A DNA stretch of 64,000 bases, from NCBI GenBank assembly GCA_030390025.1, contig CM059432.1, positions 126,172,001 to 126,236,000 on the forward strand, given 5' to 3'. The notes beneath the pieces are model-generated. The model searched no databases and had not been told where the DNA came from. It saw nothing but the letters and a program-made list of their open reading frames with translations. Positions 38,068 through 50,715 of this stretch are shown in pieces. Source of the DNA: Squalus acanthias (Eukaryota). The position numbers and the translations under genes are program-made. How positions within the stretch are numbered: the first letter of the stretch is position 1; each line of letters opens with the position of its first letter.

Positions 38068-41048
38068 TAGAGCAGAGTAGAGTTTTGGGTAAAAATAAGC
38101 AGAGTGGGTCAGGAAGGGACAGAGAGAGTAACAAAGGTAATAAGGCGTCAGTGACTAAGGTGACATCAGGGAAAAATAGAAATAAGTCAAAGCTAAAGGC
38201 ACTATATCTGCGCAAAGCATTTGCAACAAAATAGATGAATTAATAGCGCCGATAGAAATTAATAGGTTTGATCTAATAGCCATGTGGTTGCAAGGTTGGG
38301 AACTAAATAATCTAGGATACTTAACTTTTAGAAGAGATAGGCAAAATAGAAAAGGAGGAGGGGTAGCCCTAATAGTAAAGGATAGGATAAAGACCGTGGA
38401 GAGAAAGGATCTTAGCTCCGAAAATCAAGAAGTAGAATCAGTTTGGGTGGAGCTAAGAAACAGCGAGGGGCAGAAAACATTGGTGGGAGTTATTTACAGG
38501 TCCCCAAACAGTAGTTGTAATGTAGGGCAGAGCATAAATCAGGAAATTAGAGGCGTGTGTAACAAGGGTAATACAGTAATCACTGGGACTTTAATCTACA
38601 TATAGACTGGGCAAACTAAATTTGCAGTGATAGTGTGGAGGACAAATTCATGGAATGTATACAAGATAGTTTTCTAGATCAGTATGTTGAGGAACCAACT
38701 AGAGAACAGGCTATTTTAGATCTAGTATCGTGCAATGAGAAAGGGTAAATTAATAACCTTGTAGTGAAGGGGCCTTTAGAGAAGAGTGACCATAATATGA
38801 TAGAATTTTATATTGAGTTTGAAAGTGATTTAGTTAAATCCGAAACTAGGGTCTTAAATCTAAACAAAGCAAACTATGTAGGTATGAGGGGCGAATTGGC
38901 TACGGTAGATTGGGGAACTACATTAAAAGGTATGACGGTAGAGAAGCAATGGCTAGCATTTAAATAATTAATACATAATTTACAACAAATATACATTCCT
39001 TTAAGGCACAAAAACCCCACAGGAAAAGTGGTCCAACCGTGGCTAACAAGAGAAGTTAAAGATAGTATTAGATCAAAGGAAGAGGCTTATAATGTTGCCA
39101 AAAAGAGTAGTAAGCCTGAAGATTGGGAGGATTTTAGAATTCAGCAAAGGAGGACCAAGAAATTGATGAAGAAAGGGAAAATACGAATCTGAGTGTAAAC
39201 TAGCGAGAGACATAAAAACAGACTGTAAAAGCTTCTATAGGTATGTAAAAAGGAAAAGATTAGCAAAAGTAAATGTGGGTCCCTTACAGGCTGAGACAGA
39301 ATAAATTATAATGGGGAATAAGGAAATGGCAGAGAAATTAAACAAAAACTTTGTGTCTGTCTTCACGGAAGAAGACGCATAAAACTTCCCGGAAATAGTG
39401 GAGAACCAAGGGTCTAGCGAGAATGAGGAACTGAAAGAAATTGGTATTAGTGAAAAAAATAGTACTGGAGAAATTAATGGGACTGAAAGCCAATAAATCC
39501 CCTGGACCTGATGGCCTACATCCTAGGGTTTTGAACAAGGTGGCTATAGAGATAGTGGATGCATTGGTTGTCATTTTCCAGAATTCCATAGATTCTAGAA
39601 CGGTTCCCACAGATTGGAAGGTAGCAAATGTAACCCCACTATTTAAGAAAGGAGGGAGAGAGTAAACTGGGAACTACAGACCAGTTAGCCTGACATCAGT
39701 AGTAGGGAAAATGCTAGAATCTATTAAGGACGTGGTAACAGGGCACTTAGAAAATAATAATAGGATTGGGCAGAGTCAACATGGATTTATGAAAGGGAAA
39801 TCGTGTTTGACAAATCTGTTAGCGTTTTTTGAGGTTGTAACTAGCAGAATAGATAAGGTGGAACCAGTGGATATAGTGTATTTGGATTTTCAGAAGTCAT
39901 TTGATAAGGTGCCACACAAGAGGTTATTAAACAAAATTAGGGCTCATGGGGTTGGGGTAATATATTAGCATGGATTGAGGATTGGTTAATGGACAGAAAA
40001 CAGAGAGTAGGAATAAACGGGTCATTTTCGGGTTGGCAGGCTGTAACTAGTGGGGTACTGCAAGGATCAGTGCTTGGGCCTCAGCTATTCACAATCTATA
40101 TCAATGATTTGGAGGAGGGGACCAAATATAATATATCGAAGTTTGCTGATGATACTAAACTGGGTGGGAATGTAAGTTGTGAGGAGGATGCAAAGAGGCT
40201 TCAAGGGGATATAGACAAGCTAAGTGAGTGGGCAAGAACATGGCAAATGGGATATAATGTGGAGAAATGTGAAGTTATCCACTTTGGTAGGAAAAATAGA
40301 AAAGCAGAGTATTTTTTAAATGGTGAGAGATTGGGAAATGTTGGTGTTCAGAGGGACCTCGGTGTCTTTGTACACAAATCACTGAAAGTTAACATGCAGG
40401 TACAGCAAGCAATTAGGAAAGCAAATGGCCTTTATTACAAGAGGATTTGAGTATAAGAGTAAAGATGTCTTACTGCAATTATATAGGGCCCTGGTGAGAC
40501 CACACCTGGAGTATTGTGTACAGTTTTAGTCTCCTTACCTAAGGAAGGATATACTTGCCATAGAGGGAGTGCAACGAAGGTTCACCAGACTGGTTCCTGG
40601 GATGGGGGGTTGTCCTATGAGGAGAGATTGAGTAGACTAGGCCTATATTCTCTAGAGTTTAGAAGAATGAGAGGTGATCTCATTGAAACATACAAAATTC
40701 TTACAGGGCTTGACAGGGTAGATGCAGGGAGGATGTTTCCCCTGGCTGGGGAGTTTAGAACCGGGGTCACAGTCTCAGAATAAGGGGTCGGCCATTTAGG
40801 ACTGAGATGAGGAGAAATTTTATTCACTCAGAGGGTGGTGAATTTTTGGAATTCTCTACCCCAGAGGGCTGTGGAGGGTCAGTCGTTGAGTATATTCAAG
40901 ACAGAGATCGATAGATTTTTGGATATTAAGGGATATGAGGATAGTGCAGGAAAGTGAAGTTGAGGTAGAAGATCAGCCATGATCTTATTGAATGGCGGAG
41001 CAGGCTCGAGGGGCCAAATGGCCTACTCCTGCTCCTGTTTCTTATGTT
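38068..41048 (+). mobile_element. Second CR1 LINE (near-complete ORF2, inactivated) nested in the RT of the host CR1
   Basis: IYRSPNS, SDHNMIEF, KSPGPDGLHPRVL, QHGFMKGKSCLTNL, KFADDTKLGG; gact repeated at both junctions. Confidence 0.9.
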
Positions 41049-41794
41049 GACTGGTCAGGTGGGCAGAAAAGTAGCAAATGAGGTAATGCATTTGGGGAGG
41101 GCTAACAAGGCAAGGGAATATACAGTAAATGGTAGGATTCTGAGAAGTGTAGAGAACAGAGGGACCTTGGAGTACATGTCCACAGATCTCTGAAGGTAGC
41201 AGGACGGGTAGATAAGGTGGTTACAAAGGCATACGGGATACTTTCCTTTATTAGCTGAGGCATAGAATATAAGAGCAGGGGGGGTTATGCATCTGAAAGA
41301 TGTGATTGCGCTAGAGAGGGTACAGAGGAGGTTTACGAGGATGTTGCCAGGACTGGAGAATTTTAGCTATGAGGAAAGATTGGACAGGCTGGAGTTGTTT
41401 TCTTTGAAACACAAGAGACTGAGTGGAGACTTGATTGAGGTGTATAAAATTATGAGGAGCCTAGATTGACCTATTTCCCTGAGTGGAGAGATCAATAATC
41501 AGGGGGCATAGATTTAACGTAATTAGTAGAAGGATTAGAGGGGAGTTGAGGAGAACCGTTTTCACCCAGAGGGTAGTGGGGGTCTGGAACTCACTGCCTG
41601 AAAGGGTGGTAGAGGCAGAAACCCTCATCACATTTAAAAAGTACTTGGATATGCACTTGAAGTGCTGTAACCTACAAGGCTACAGACTAAGAGCTGGAAA
41701 GTGGGATTAGGCTGGATAGCTCTTGTTCGGCCGGCACAGACATGATGGGCCGAATATCCTCATTCTGCGCCGTAAATTTCTATGATTCTATGAC

Positions 41795-44415
41795 CCACCA
41801 GAGGTGGTGACACAGTGGTATACGGTCGGGAGGGAGTGGCCCTGGGAGTCTTCAACATTGATTCCGGACACCATGAAGTCTCTTGGCTTCAGGTCACGCA
41901 TGGGCAAGGAAACCTCCTGCTGATTACCACCTACCGCCCTCCCTCAGCTGATGAATCAGTACTCCTCCATGTTGAACACCACTTGGAAGAAGCACTGAGA
42001 GTAGCAAGGACACAGAATGTACTCTGGGTAGGGGACTTCAATGTCCATCACCAAGAGTGGCTCGGTAGCACCACTACTGACCGAGCTGGCTGAGTCCTGA
42101 AGGGCATAGCTGCCAGAATAGGACTGCGGCAGGTGGTGAGAGAACCAACACGAGGGAAAAACCTACTTGACCTCGTCCTCACCAATTTACCTGTCGCAGA
42201 TACATTTGTGCATGACAGCATTGGTAACAGTGACCACCGCACAGTCATTGTGTAGACGAAGTCCCATCTTCACACTGAGGACACCCTCCATCGTCTTGTG
42301 TGGCACTACCACCGTGCTAAATGGGATAGATTCAGAGCAGATCTAGCAGATCAAAACTGGGCATCTGTGAGGTGCTGTGGGCCATCAGCAGCAGCAGAAT
42401 TCTATTCCACCATAATCTGTAACCTCATGGCCTGGCATATTCCTCACTCTACCATTACCATCAAGCCAAGGGACCAACCCTGGTTCAATAAGGAGTGCAG
42501 AAGAGCATGCCAGGAGCAGCACCAGGTGAACCTAAAAATGAGGTGCCAACCTGGGGAAGCTGCAACACAGGACTACATGCATGCTAAACAGTGGAAGCAG
42601 CATGCTATAGACAGAGCTAAGCGATCCCACAATTAACAGATCAGGTCAAAGCTCTGCAGTCCTGCCACATCCAGTCATGAATGGTGGTGAACAATTAAAC
42701 AACTCACAGGAGGAGGAGGCTCCATGAAAATCCCCATCCTCAATGATGGCGGAGCCCAGCACAGCACGTGAGTGCAAAAGACAAGGCTGAAGCGTTTGCA
42801 ACCATCTCCAGCCAGAAGTACCGAGTGGATGATCCATATCAGCCTCCTCCTGAGGTCTCCACCATCACAGAAGCCAGTCTTCAGCCAATTCAATTCACTC
42901 CATATGATATCAAGAAACGGCTGAGCGCACTGGATAAAGCAAAGGCCATGGGCCCCAACAACATCCTGGCTGTCGTGCTGAAGACTTGTGCTCCAGAACT
43001 AGCCGCGCCTCTAGCCAAGCTGTTCCAGTACAGCTACAGCACTGGCATCTATCCAACAATGTGGAAAACTGCCCAGGTTTGTCCTGTCTACAAAGGTCAG
43101 GACAAATCCAATCCGGTCAATTACCGTCCATCATCAGCAAAGTGATGGAAGGTGTCGTGACAGTGCTATCAAGTGGCACTTACTCACCAATAACCTGCAC
43201 ACCGATGCCCAGTTTGGGTTCTGCCAGGACCACTCAGCTCCAGATCTCATTACAGCCTTTGTCCAAACATGGACAAAAGAGCTGAATTGCAGAGGTGAAG
43301 CGAGAGTGACTGTCCTTGACATCAAGGCAGCATTTGACCGAGTGTGGCATCAAGGAGCCCTAGTAAAATTGAAGTCAATGGGAATCAGGGGGAAAACGCT
43401 CCACTGTCTGGAGTGATACCTAGCACAAAGGAAGATGGTTATGGTTGTTGGAGGCCAATCATCTCAGCCCCAGGACATTGCTGCAGGAGTTCCCCAGGTC
43501 AGTGTCCTATGCCCAACCATCTTCAGCTGCTTCATCAATGACCTTCCCTCCAAGTGGGGATGTTCGCTGATGATTGCCCAGTGTTCCGTTCCATTCGTAA
43601 CTCCTCAGATAATGAAGCAGTCCATGCCCGCATGCAGCAAGACCTGGACGACATTCAGGCTTGGGCTGATAAGTGACAAGTAACATTCACGCCACACAAG
43701 TGCCAGGCAATGACTATTTCCAACAAGCGAGCGTCTAACCATCACCCCTTGACATTCAACGGCATTACCATTGCTGAATCCCCCAACATCAACATCCTGC
43801 GGGTCACCATTGACCAGAAACTTAACTGGACCAGCTACATAAATACTGTGGCTACAAGAGCAGGTCAGAGGCTGGGTATTCTGAGGCGAGTGTCTCACCT
43901 CCTGACTCCCCAAAGCCTTTCCTCCATTCACAAGGCACAAGTAAGGAGTGCGATGGAATACTCTCCACTTGCCTGGATGGGTGCAGCTCCAACAACACTC
44001 AAGAAGCTCAACATGATCCAGGACAAAGCAGCCCGCTTGATTGGCATCCCCTCCACCACCGGCACACCGTGGCTGCAGTGTGTACCATCTACAAGATGCA
44101 CTGCAGCAACTCGCCAATGCTTCTTCGACAGCACCTGTCAAACCTGCGACCTGTGCCACCTAGAACGACAAGGGCAGCAGGCACATGGAAACACCGTCAC
44201 CTGTAAGTTCCCCTCCAAGTCACTCACCATTCCTTCATCGTCGCTGGGTCAAAATCCTGGAACTCCCTCCCAAACAGCACTTTGGGAGTACCTTCACCTC
44301 CCGGACTACAGCGGTTCAAGAAGGTGGATCACCACCACCTTCTCAAAGGGCAATTAGGGATGGGCAATAAATGCTGGCCTTGCCAGCAATGCCCACATCC
44401 CGAAACGATAAAATT
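41795..44415 (+). mobile_element. CR1/L2-group LINE, near-complete decayed ORF2
   Basis: TTYRPPS, WVGDFNVHH, KAMGPNNI, LDIKAAFDRVWH, MEYSPLAW; tail gggcaataaatgctggccttgccagc. Confidence 0.88.
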
Positions 44416-45213
44416 AAAATTCTCATAATCATGTAATAGGTTTTTGGGGAGGGAGGAAGGAAGATAAACTAATAAAACGCTTGAAGCTTAAGCATCCGTC
44501 AGGGAAGTGGAACAAAACAATTAAAGCCGGAAATAAGAGGTTGTGGATAGGGAAGAACAAACTAAATTACTTGCAACTTAAGCAAGTTTTGCAAAGTGGA
44601 AGGGAAATAGTGTTATAACTGTTAAACATAAGGCCTGTATCCTTCAGTGTTGGTAAGGTGTGTAATATTTTTACCTTGTGTCACTCTGGACACATTACTT
44701 GAGTAAATTTGCTAATGAGTGAACTATTCTCACACTTGGGCTGCAGCCTGACCATCAGATAAACATCAGAAACTGCACTGTAAATCCGGACTGTCTGTGG
44801 GCAATGTCATGGGGGGAGATATATGTAAAAATGATCCCCTTTTCATATCAAGAGAAATCAAAGTGTTAAGGGTCTGTACACCCTTCCCAAATAAGCATTG
44901 TGATACGCAATTCCTTCCAACTGACCCAGCAGCCACTGCAAGACGTCTCTGCTTATTTTATTGTGGCCGTACTGCAAAGGAGAAGTACAATGTATGACAG
45001 TGAAATTCTCTTCGTCATTTTGTGCTTTCCATCGCAACTTGGGTTGATAAGCTGAAAGTGATGGTAATTGGGACTCTGCTCACTCTGGTAACTGGGGAAA
45101 GAGTCGGTCTAAGCTTTCATAATGATATACTTTTAAAATCTTTAACTTCATAGTATGTAACCAGTTACTGAATGTGCTGCTAATGCCATGTCCTTTGCTT
45201 CCGTTAACTGCAG

Positions 45214-45269
45214 AAATACCGCAGCCCTTCGTTAGGGGATGAAGAATTCATCTATGAGCATGCAGGAGG
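45214..45269 (+). CDS. grhl2: Grainyhead-like 2, coding exon 5
   Basis: ctgcag acceptor, gtaagg donor at 45270; KYRSPSLGDEEFIYEHAG(G) resembles GRHL2 KFRSASVGAEEYMYDQTSS; 56 nt, phase 0 to 2 links exons 4 and 6; too short for the ORF track. Confidence 0.9.
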
Positions 45270-45844
45270 GTAAGGCATTGTAATCTCCAGGAGAAAGAAC
45301 AATCTATGGTTATAGTAACTCCCCATTATGGGAAGTAGCCAGGTGCCATGGTCAGGCAGAATGTGCCTTAGATCCTATTCATTCATTTCTTGTCCCAGTG
45401 CTTTATGTGGGTTGAATGGTTTCTGTGGTCAGCCCCACAAGTGTGAACATCGGATGAGGACTGGTTCGGGCTCAGCTGTGATGCCCCGGCGGTAAAATAG
45501 CCCACTGAACTTGTTGTCTAGGTCCTTGCGTGAATTCTGGGCACTTGGGTGAGGTACTGAAGGGTGCCCGACCCAGTGCTGAAAGAACAATATCCCAGCA
45601 AGGAGCTAATGGCCTCGAGAGAAGGAAGAGAAAGGAAATTTAAGATGAAATTAATTGAAGGTTGTCATTGTTGAACTATTACTGTACTCTTTCAAATACT
45701 GGTATGTTTCCCTTGCCATTTACCCCTCCCCTCCCCTCCTTTCTTTGCTTGTTCTCCAGGTGAAGTTGGTGCAGGTGTGGAGGGAAGCCCCAAGATTTGC
45801 ATCCACCAGCCAAACTGAGAAATGTAATCAGTCTCCAGAAAATG

Positions 45845-46020
45845 AAAAGCAAAATGCTGTAAAAACAGAAAAAGCTGGGAACACACAGCAGATCAATTAG
45901 GGAGAACAACGTCGACATTTTAATCTGTGCTTTTCGTCAGAAGGATTCTGATGAAGATTGAGCAGCTGAAAGTTCGACTGTCTTGACCTGCTGTGTGTTA
46001 CCAGCCTTTTCTGTCTTTAA
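45845..46020. mobile_element. Degenerate head-to-head Penelope pLTR remnant
   Basis: aaagcaaaatgctg...acagaaaaagctgggaacacacagcag mirrored by ctgctgtgtgttaccagccttttctgt; decayed ttcgtcag / ctgatga...gaaa cores. Confidence 0.55.
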
Positions 46021-46491
46021 CCAGTTTCTCGATTCCTTACCCCAGGAAGGAACACTTGTTCAGGTGCCCTCTCTGGCAAAGGCAAACAAGGGCCCTGGGA
46101 CGCAAACTCCTCACATTACTGGCTGAGGCGCCATCCCTTCACAGCCTCCGCGAGCTTTGCTGCTTAGTATATTTTACCAATTGCAATATTTTAATAGTAT
46201 TTTATAAAGTTAACTACAAGCTAGTTTGTTTTAGACTTGCAATCCTAACTTAATGTCCTGCATTTTGTGGAAAGTAAAATTTCATAATTCGTCGTTTCGG
46301 AGATTCTGAAGTTGTATCTTAGTGAGATCTATATAATAAGGACCTGCACTAATCATACTGATTTAACAGAAATTAAACCCAAGTCCAAAACCAAATTACT
46401 AACATAGTCTCTTACTGGATTTTTAGGAATCCTGTATATATGTTTCCTTGAACTGCGTGTCCTCCCATCATTCATTCTTGCTTTGTTCCAG

Positions 46492-46648
46492 AGATTCATT
46501 CCATTACACGTTGGAAGCCACAAAATCTTTACGTCAGAAGCAGGGGGAAGGGCCGATGACATACCTGAATAAAGGACAGTTTTACGCCATAACACTCAGG
46601 GAGACTGGAGCCAACAAATGCCTTCGCCATCCAATCAGCAAAGTTAGG
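46492..46648 (+). CDS. grhl2: Grainyhead-like 2, coding exon 6 (start of CP2 DNA-binding domain)
   Basis: ttccag acceptor, gtaagc donor at 46649; [59 protein letters not shown] and FYAITL are GRHL2-diagnostic; 157 nt. Confidence 0.96.
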
Positions 46649-47440
46649 GTAAGCTGCTGTATTTCTCTTCAGCTTGGCTATATTGAATGGAACAATGTTG
46701 GCCTTCAGGCGGTTCACATGTAGTCACAGTGACCTTTATAACTACAGTGCAATTTATATATAAAGATGTTGTGTGTGTTTGAAGGAGATTGTCTTAGAGC
46801 ACTCAGCATTGCACAGAATGAACTGCGTTCCTGACTTCAGTGCTGTGCGAAAAATGCATCCAGGATTTCCGGTTTCTGCTGGGCTTCAGTGCAAGTTTCC
46901 AATTCCTGATCTGAGGTGGGGTGGCAGTGGTATAATTGGCCATTGCGCCTTTGGGTAAGGGAGGGTTAAGATTGATTAGAATTTGTGATCCTGATTGCTG
47001 TCTAGAGATTCCTGCTGGGAAGTGCACATGTATGACTGTAGCGTGTGGACAGGGGTTGGGCTCAGCTGTGATGTCCCCACACAGTGGAATAGGCTGCCGA
47101 CACACACTGTCTAGACTCGTGTGTAGAATGGCCACTTGGGCGAGGTACCCCACCGTTGATCAATACCTTTAGATGAGGGGAGAGAATCGGTGGGAGTGGG
47201 GGGGAAACATTGATTTTGTGATATTAAACTTGTTAGTCTGGTAATTACTAATATTGCGCAATGTGGTTTCAAACCACAAGTGTCCAATTCAGATGACTAT
47301 TTAGTAGTTTACAGCTTTGCATAAGTGCTCCTGTGTTATAAGGTTATGCTTGTGGTTTAGGCAAACTGTCAAGGCAGTGTAGCATAATTCAAATGCCACC
47401 TCGCACAGAAGGGGTGTGGAGGGGGGTGGGGTGGGGGGTT

Positions 47441-48395
47441 GAAGATATGGGAAAATGCAATTTGGAGGAGATTTTCAAGATGGCAGGCAGTCATCCCTGG
47501 AGAGGGACTGGAGCCAGGTCGCATGACCAAATGACCAGTTTTAATGCACTCACGATAGTCCCCATAAAAATTAAAATAAAACACAAAGAACAATAAAATG
47601 TTATTTTAAAGCAGGCAGCATAAACCCAAACAATTCAAGTCACAAAGTTGATGTGAAGCGAGAGATTATTAAATGCCAACATGAATCCAGTGGCTTCATT
47701 GGAACTTAGCAGAAAATGGAAGGCACAGGAGACATCGTGCAAGAGATTTCCATACAGGAGTCAAGATCGCCAGAAATCTTCTGTTCACGTGTTCAGGGTG
47801 TTTCAGCATGTTCTTTTTAGTAAGAAAATGGATGCAGGGTGGGAGGAAAGACTCAAAAAAAACCAGTGCAGTTTGGCCTGCGCATGAGGTACCTGCAGTG
47901 GCGGGGTTTCATTTTATTTTGTGTAAATTTATTTTGTGTTTTTCCCCCTCGTTTATCTCTCTCCGATTTGCTTTTGAGTAAATAATTCATGCTGGGATTG
48001 TTTAAGTAGTCCCAGGAACTTAAAAGGGCGCTGGGGGCAAGGAAAGAGAGAGGGTGGCTCCTCACAAAATCCAAATGAATTTGATTCGTGCAAAATAAAT
48101 ATTTTTCACAAGTCCGGCACCCAAATAATTCAAGTAGCAAAGTTGAAAATAAACTAGTTGGCGCTGGAGTGGAAGGATTTATCATCACATGGTCAATTAT
48201 TAATTATTCAGTTTATGCTGCCTGCTTTAAAATAACATTTTATTGTTCTTTGTGTTTTATTTTAATTTTTATGGGGACTATCGTGAGTGCATTAAAACTG
48301 GTCATTTGGTCATGTGACCTGGCTCCAGTCCCTCTCCAGGGATGACTGCCTGCCATCTTGAAAATCTCCTCCAAATTACATTTTCCCTTATCTTC
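47441..48395. repeat. Long inverted repeat: 185-bp arms (47441-47625, 48211-48395) around a 585-bp spacer
   Basis: Manual reverse-complement alignment gives 182/185 identity with no gaps. Confidence 0.97.
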
Positions 48396-48817
48396 CCCCT
48401 GCCCCTCCCCCCCCCCCCCCTACACACCCCTTCACCTGCCCCCTCCATTCCTGAAAGAGATCTTGTTCTGGGGTGTCAACAAACCTCCAGTATCTCACCT
48501 AAATGACATTGTAATCATTTATATTCACCACTTTGTATCGGTAGGCTTTTCACAGTCCAGCCTAGTGTCTCCCACATGCAGATGTTCTGGCATGAGGTGA
48601 CTGGGTGGTGTTCAGAAGCCCTTTTTTTCATTTCTCCCCCCCCCCCCTCCCCCCCCCCCCCAACCTACTATTGCCAATCATAGCAACTACACTGCAGCCC
48701 CCACATAGATCAGCTATCTCAGCACAGACCACAAATTCAAACAGCAACTTTAAGTCCTGAATGGCTCAGTACCATGTCACTTTCATTCATGGAGACATCC
48801 TGGCCCCATATACCCAA

Positions 48818-49262
48818 GGTCTCAGTGGTAGCACTCTCGCCACTGAGTCAGATGGTTGTGGATTCAAGTTCCACTCAAAATCTAGGCTGACACTCCCAGT
48901 GCAGTGCCGAGGGAATGCCGCACCGTCGGAGGTGCCGTCGTTCGGCAGAGACGTTAAACTGAAGCCCTGTCTGCCTTCTCGGGTGGACGAGAAAGATCCC
49001 ATGGCACTATTGTGAAGAAAAGCAGGTTCTCCCCAGTGTCCTGGCCAAAGTTTATCCCCCAACCAACATCACTAAAACAGATTATCTGGTCATTATCACA
49101 TTGCTGTTTGTGGGAGCTTGCTGTGTGCAAATTGGCTGCCGTGTTTCCTACATTACAACAGTGACTACACTTAAAAGAAAAGGACTTAATTGGTTGTAAA
49201 AGCACTTGGGGGTGTCCTGAGCTCATGAAAGGTACTATATAATTCCCAGTTTTTTCTTTCTA
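48818..49262 (+). mobile_element. SacSINE1-like DeuSINE
   Basis: Colinear with 15882-16327 from the tRNA-like head to the L2-like tail. Confidence 0.85.
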
Positions 49263-49722
49263 TACCAATTTGATACAAAGTGATTCAGGAACATGTGCAA
49301 TTTTTTTTCAACTTTGTAGTTGGAAAAAATGACCAAATTGAAAATGCTATATACAATTGTTCGCACTTAAAGTGGCTGTAATTCGAATGGGCATCATTTC
49401 TATCTGTGGAACAGAACCTAGAAAACAAAACCACCGCCTATGGTGTTAATGCAAAACCTGTTTTAAACAGATACCAAATGGTTTTAACAGACAAAACGTC
49501 TCATTTACACCTCATTGTCAGCCTCCAATACAGTCAAAGCCACACCTGATGTTTGAAGTTATATGCAGTAGCAAAAAGTAAAGTAATCCGATTGGCAGTT
49601 TCAACAGCACTGAGTGAGAGGCCTGCATTCATCATGCAGCCGAGACTTGCTTCTGTGCTGATCAGCAGAGCCCACAGAATGTAAAAATGTGAGAAGTCGC
49701 ACAACACCAGGTTATAGTCCAA

Positions 49723-50615
49723 GGGGGAGAAATTCAGTATCGCCCCATTTGGGGCGCAATTATCGGCCGGGCGCAAAGATTAGCGCCTGGCGCTAATTAT
49801 CGCCACCGACTGCAAACTTGACTTTTATCGCCCCTGGAGGTGATTGGAGCGCTAAATCAGGCGCTTCACACCTGTCTTAAGGCGCAAAGGCCGAGGAGCG
49901 AGGCGCTACCTCAGAGCGCTGGTGAAGCTCATGTAATGTCAGTCAGCAATGGAACACACACGCAATGGCACGGGCCAGTTCTTAAAGGGGATGGTTAATC
50001 TTGCTTTCCATCCACATCCTGCTCATTGCAGCCTTGAATCTCGGCCTGGAGAGACCTGCACATCAAATCTGCTGGAAAGAACAATGGAGAGTACCAGGCA
50101 AAGAGCTGAGTGCAGCCCCCACAGTCTCTTCTAAATCGATACAAGGAATGGCAAATCAAAATGAACCTGCAAAGTGCTGCTCAGAACCCAAAACTCCTTT
50201 ACACAACGTTGAATCTCTCCAGAAGTCTCTCCCTCTCTCTCTCTCAGAATGCGTAATTCAAAAATGGCACCAACAATAAAAGGCAGGAAGCGGTCACCTT
50301 TAAATAGCGCTCCCCCTTTCCCTTCATGACTGCAGAACGCTCCCCTCAACCTGTCGTTGCTAGCGTCAGGCGGTAAGGCAGGGGGCGCCACTCAATATCC
50401 GCTCCGGGGCGATACCGGGGTGTTGCGCACTCGACTGACGTCACGATCTGCCGGCGCAGGAGATCGTGGCGGTAGTGTTTAGCGCCACCGCAAAATGTCT
50501 AGTTAATTTCGCGAGCGGCGCAAATTTCGCCGCACCTGGGCGCTAGATGCTTTGCGCCCCATTAGCGCCCTCTTAAGGCGCTAACGGGAGGCGCAATCAA
50601 CTGAATTTTTCCCCC
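49723..50615 (+). mobile_element. Harbinger-type non-autonomous transposon
   Basis: TIR gggggagaaattcagt / actgaatttttccccc; CAA TSD restores host gtccaacag; subterminal gcgc-rich repeats. Confidence 0.85.
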
Positions 50616-50633
50616 CAACAGTTTTATTTGAAA

Positions 50634-50671
50634 TCACAAGCTTTCGGAGCGGCTGCTCCTTCGTCAGGTGA
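50634..50671 (-). ncRNA. Minimal hammerhead ribozyme motif
   Basis: UCAC-CUGACGA-A-GGAGC-AGCC-GCUCC-GAAA-GC-UU-GUGA on the minus strand. Confidence 0.75.
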
Positions 50672-50678
50672 AGTCACT

Positions 50679-50715
50679 TCACCTGACGAAAGAGCAGCGC
50701 TCCGAAAGCTTGTGA
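50679..50715 (+). ncRNA. Minimal hammerhead ribozyme motif (stem II closing pair mutated)
   Basis: UCAC-CUGACGA-A-AGAGC-AGC-GCUCC-GAAA-GC-UU-GUGA; A.C in place of G-C at the base of stem II. Confidence 0.65.

Larger units (their letters stand above)
35430..41790 (+). mobile_element. Long decayed CR1 LINE (APE endonuclease + RT) interrupted by two other CR1 copies
   Basis: YYRPPNS, VGDFNYPNINW, KSPGPDEMYPRLL, GVPQGSVLGP, KFADDTKI; breaks at ~38067 and resumes at ~41049; many stops and frameshifts. Confidence 0.9.
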
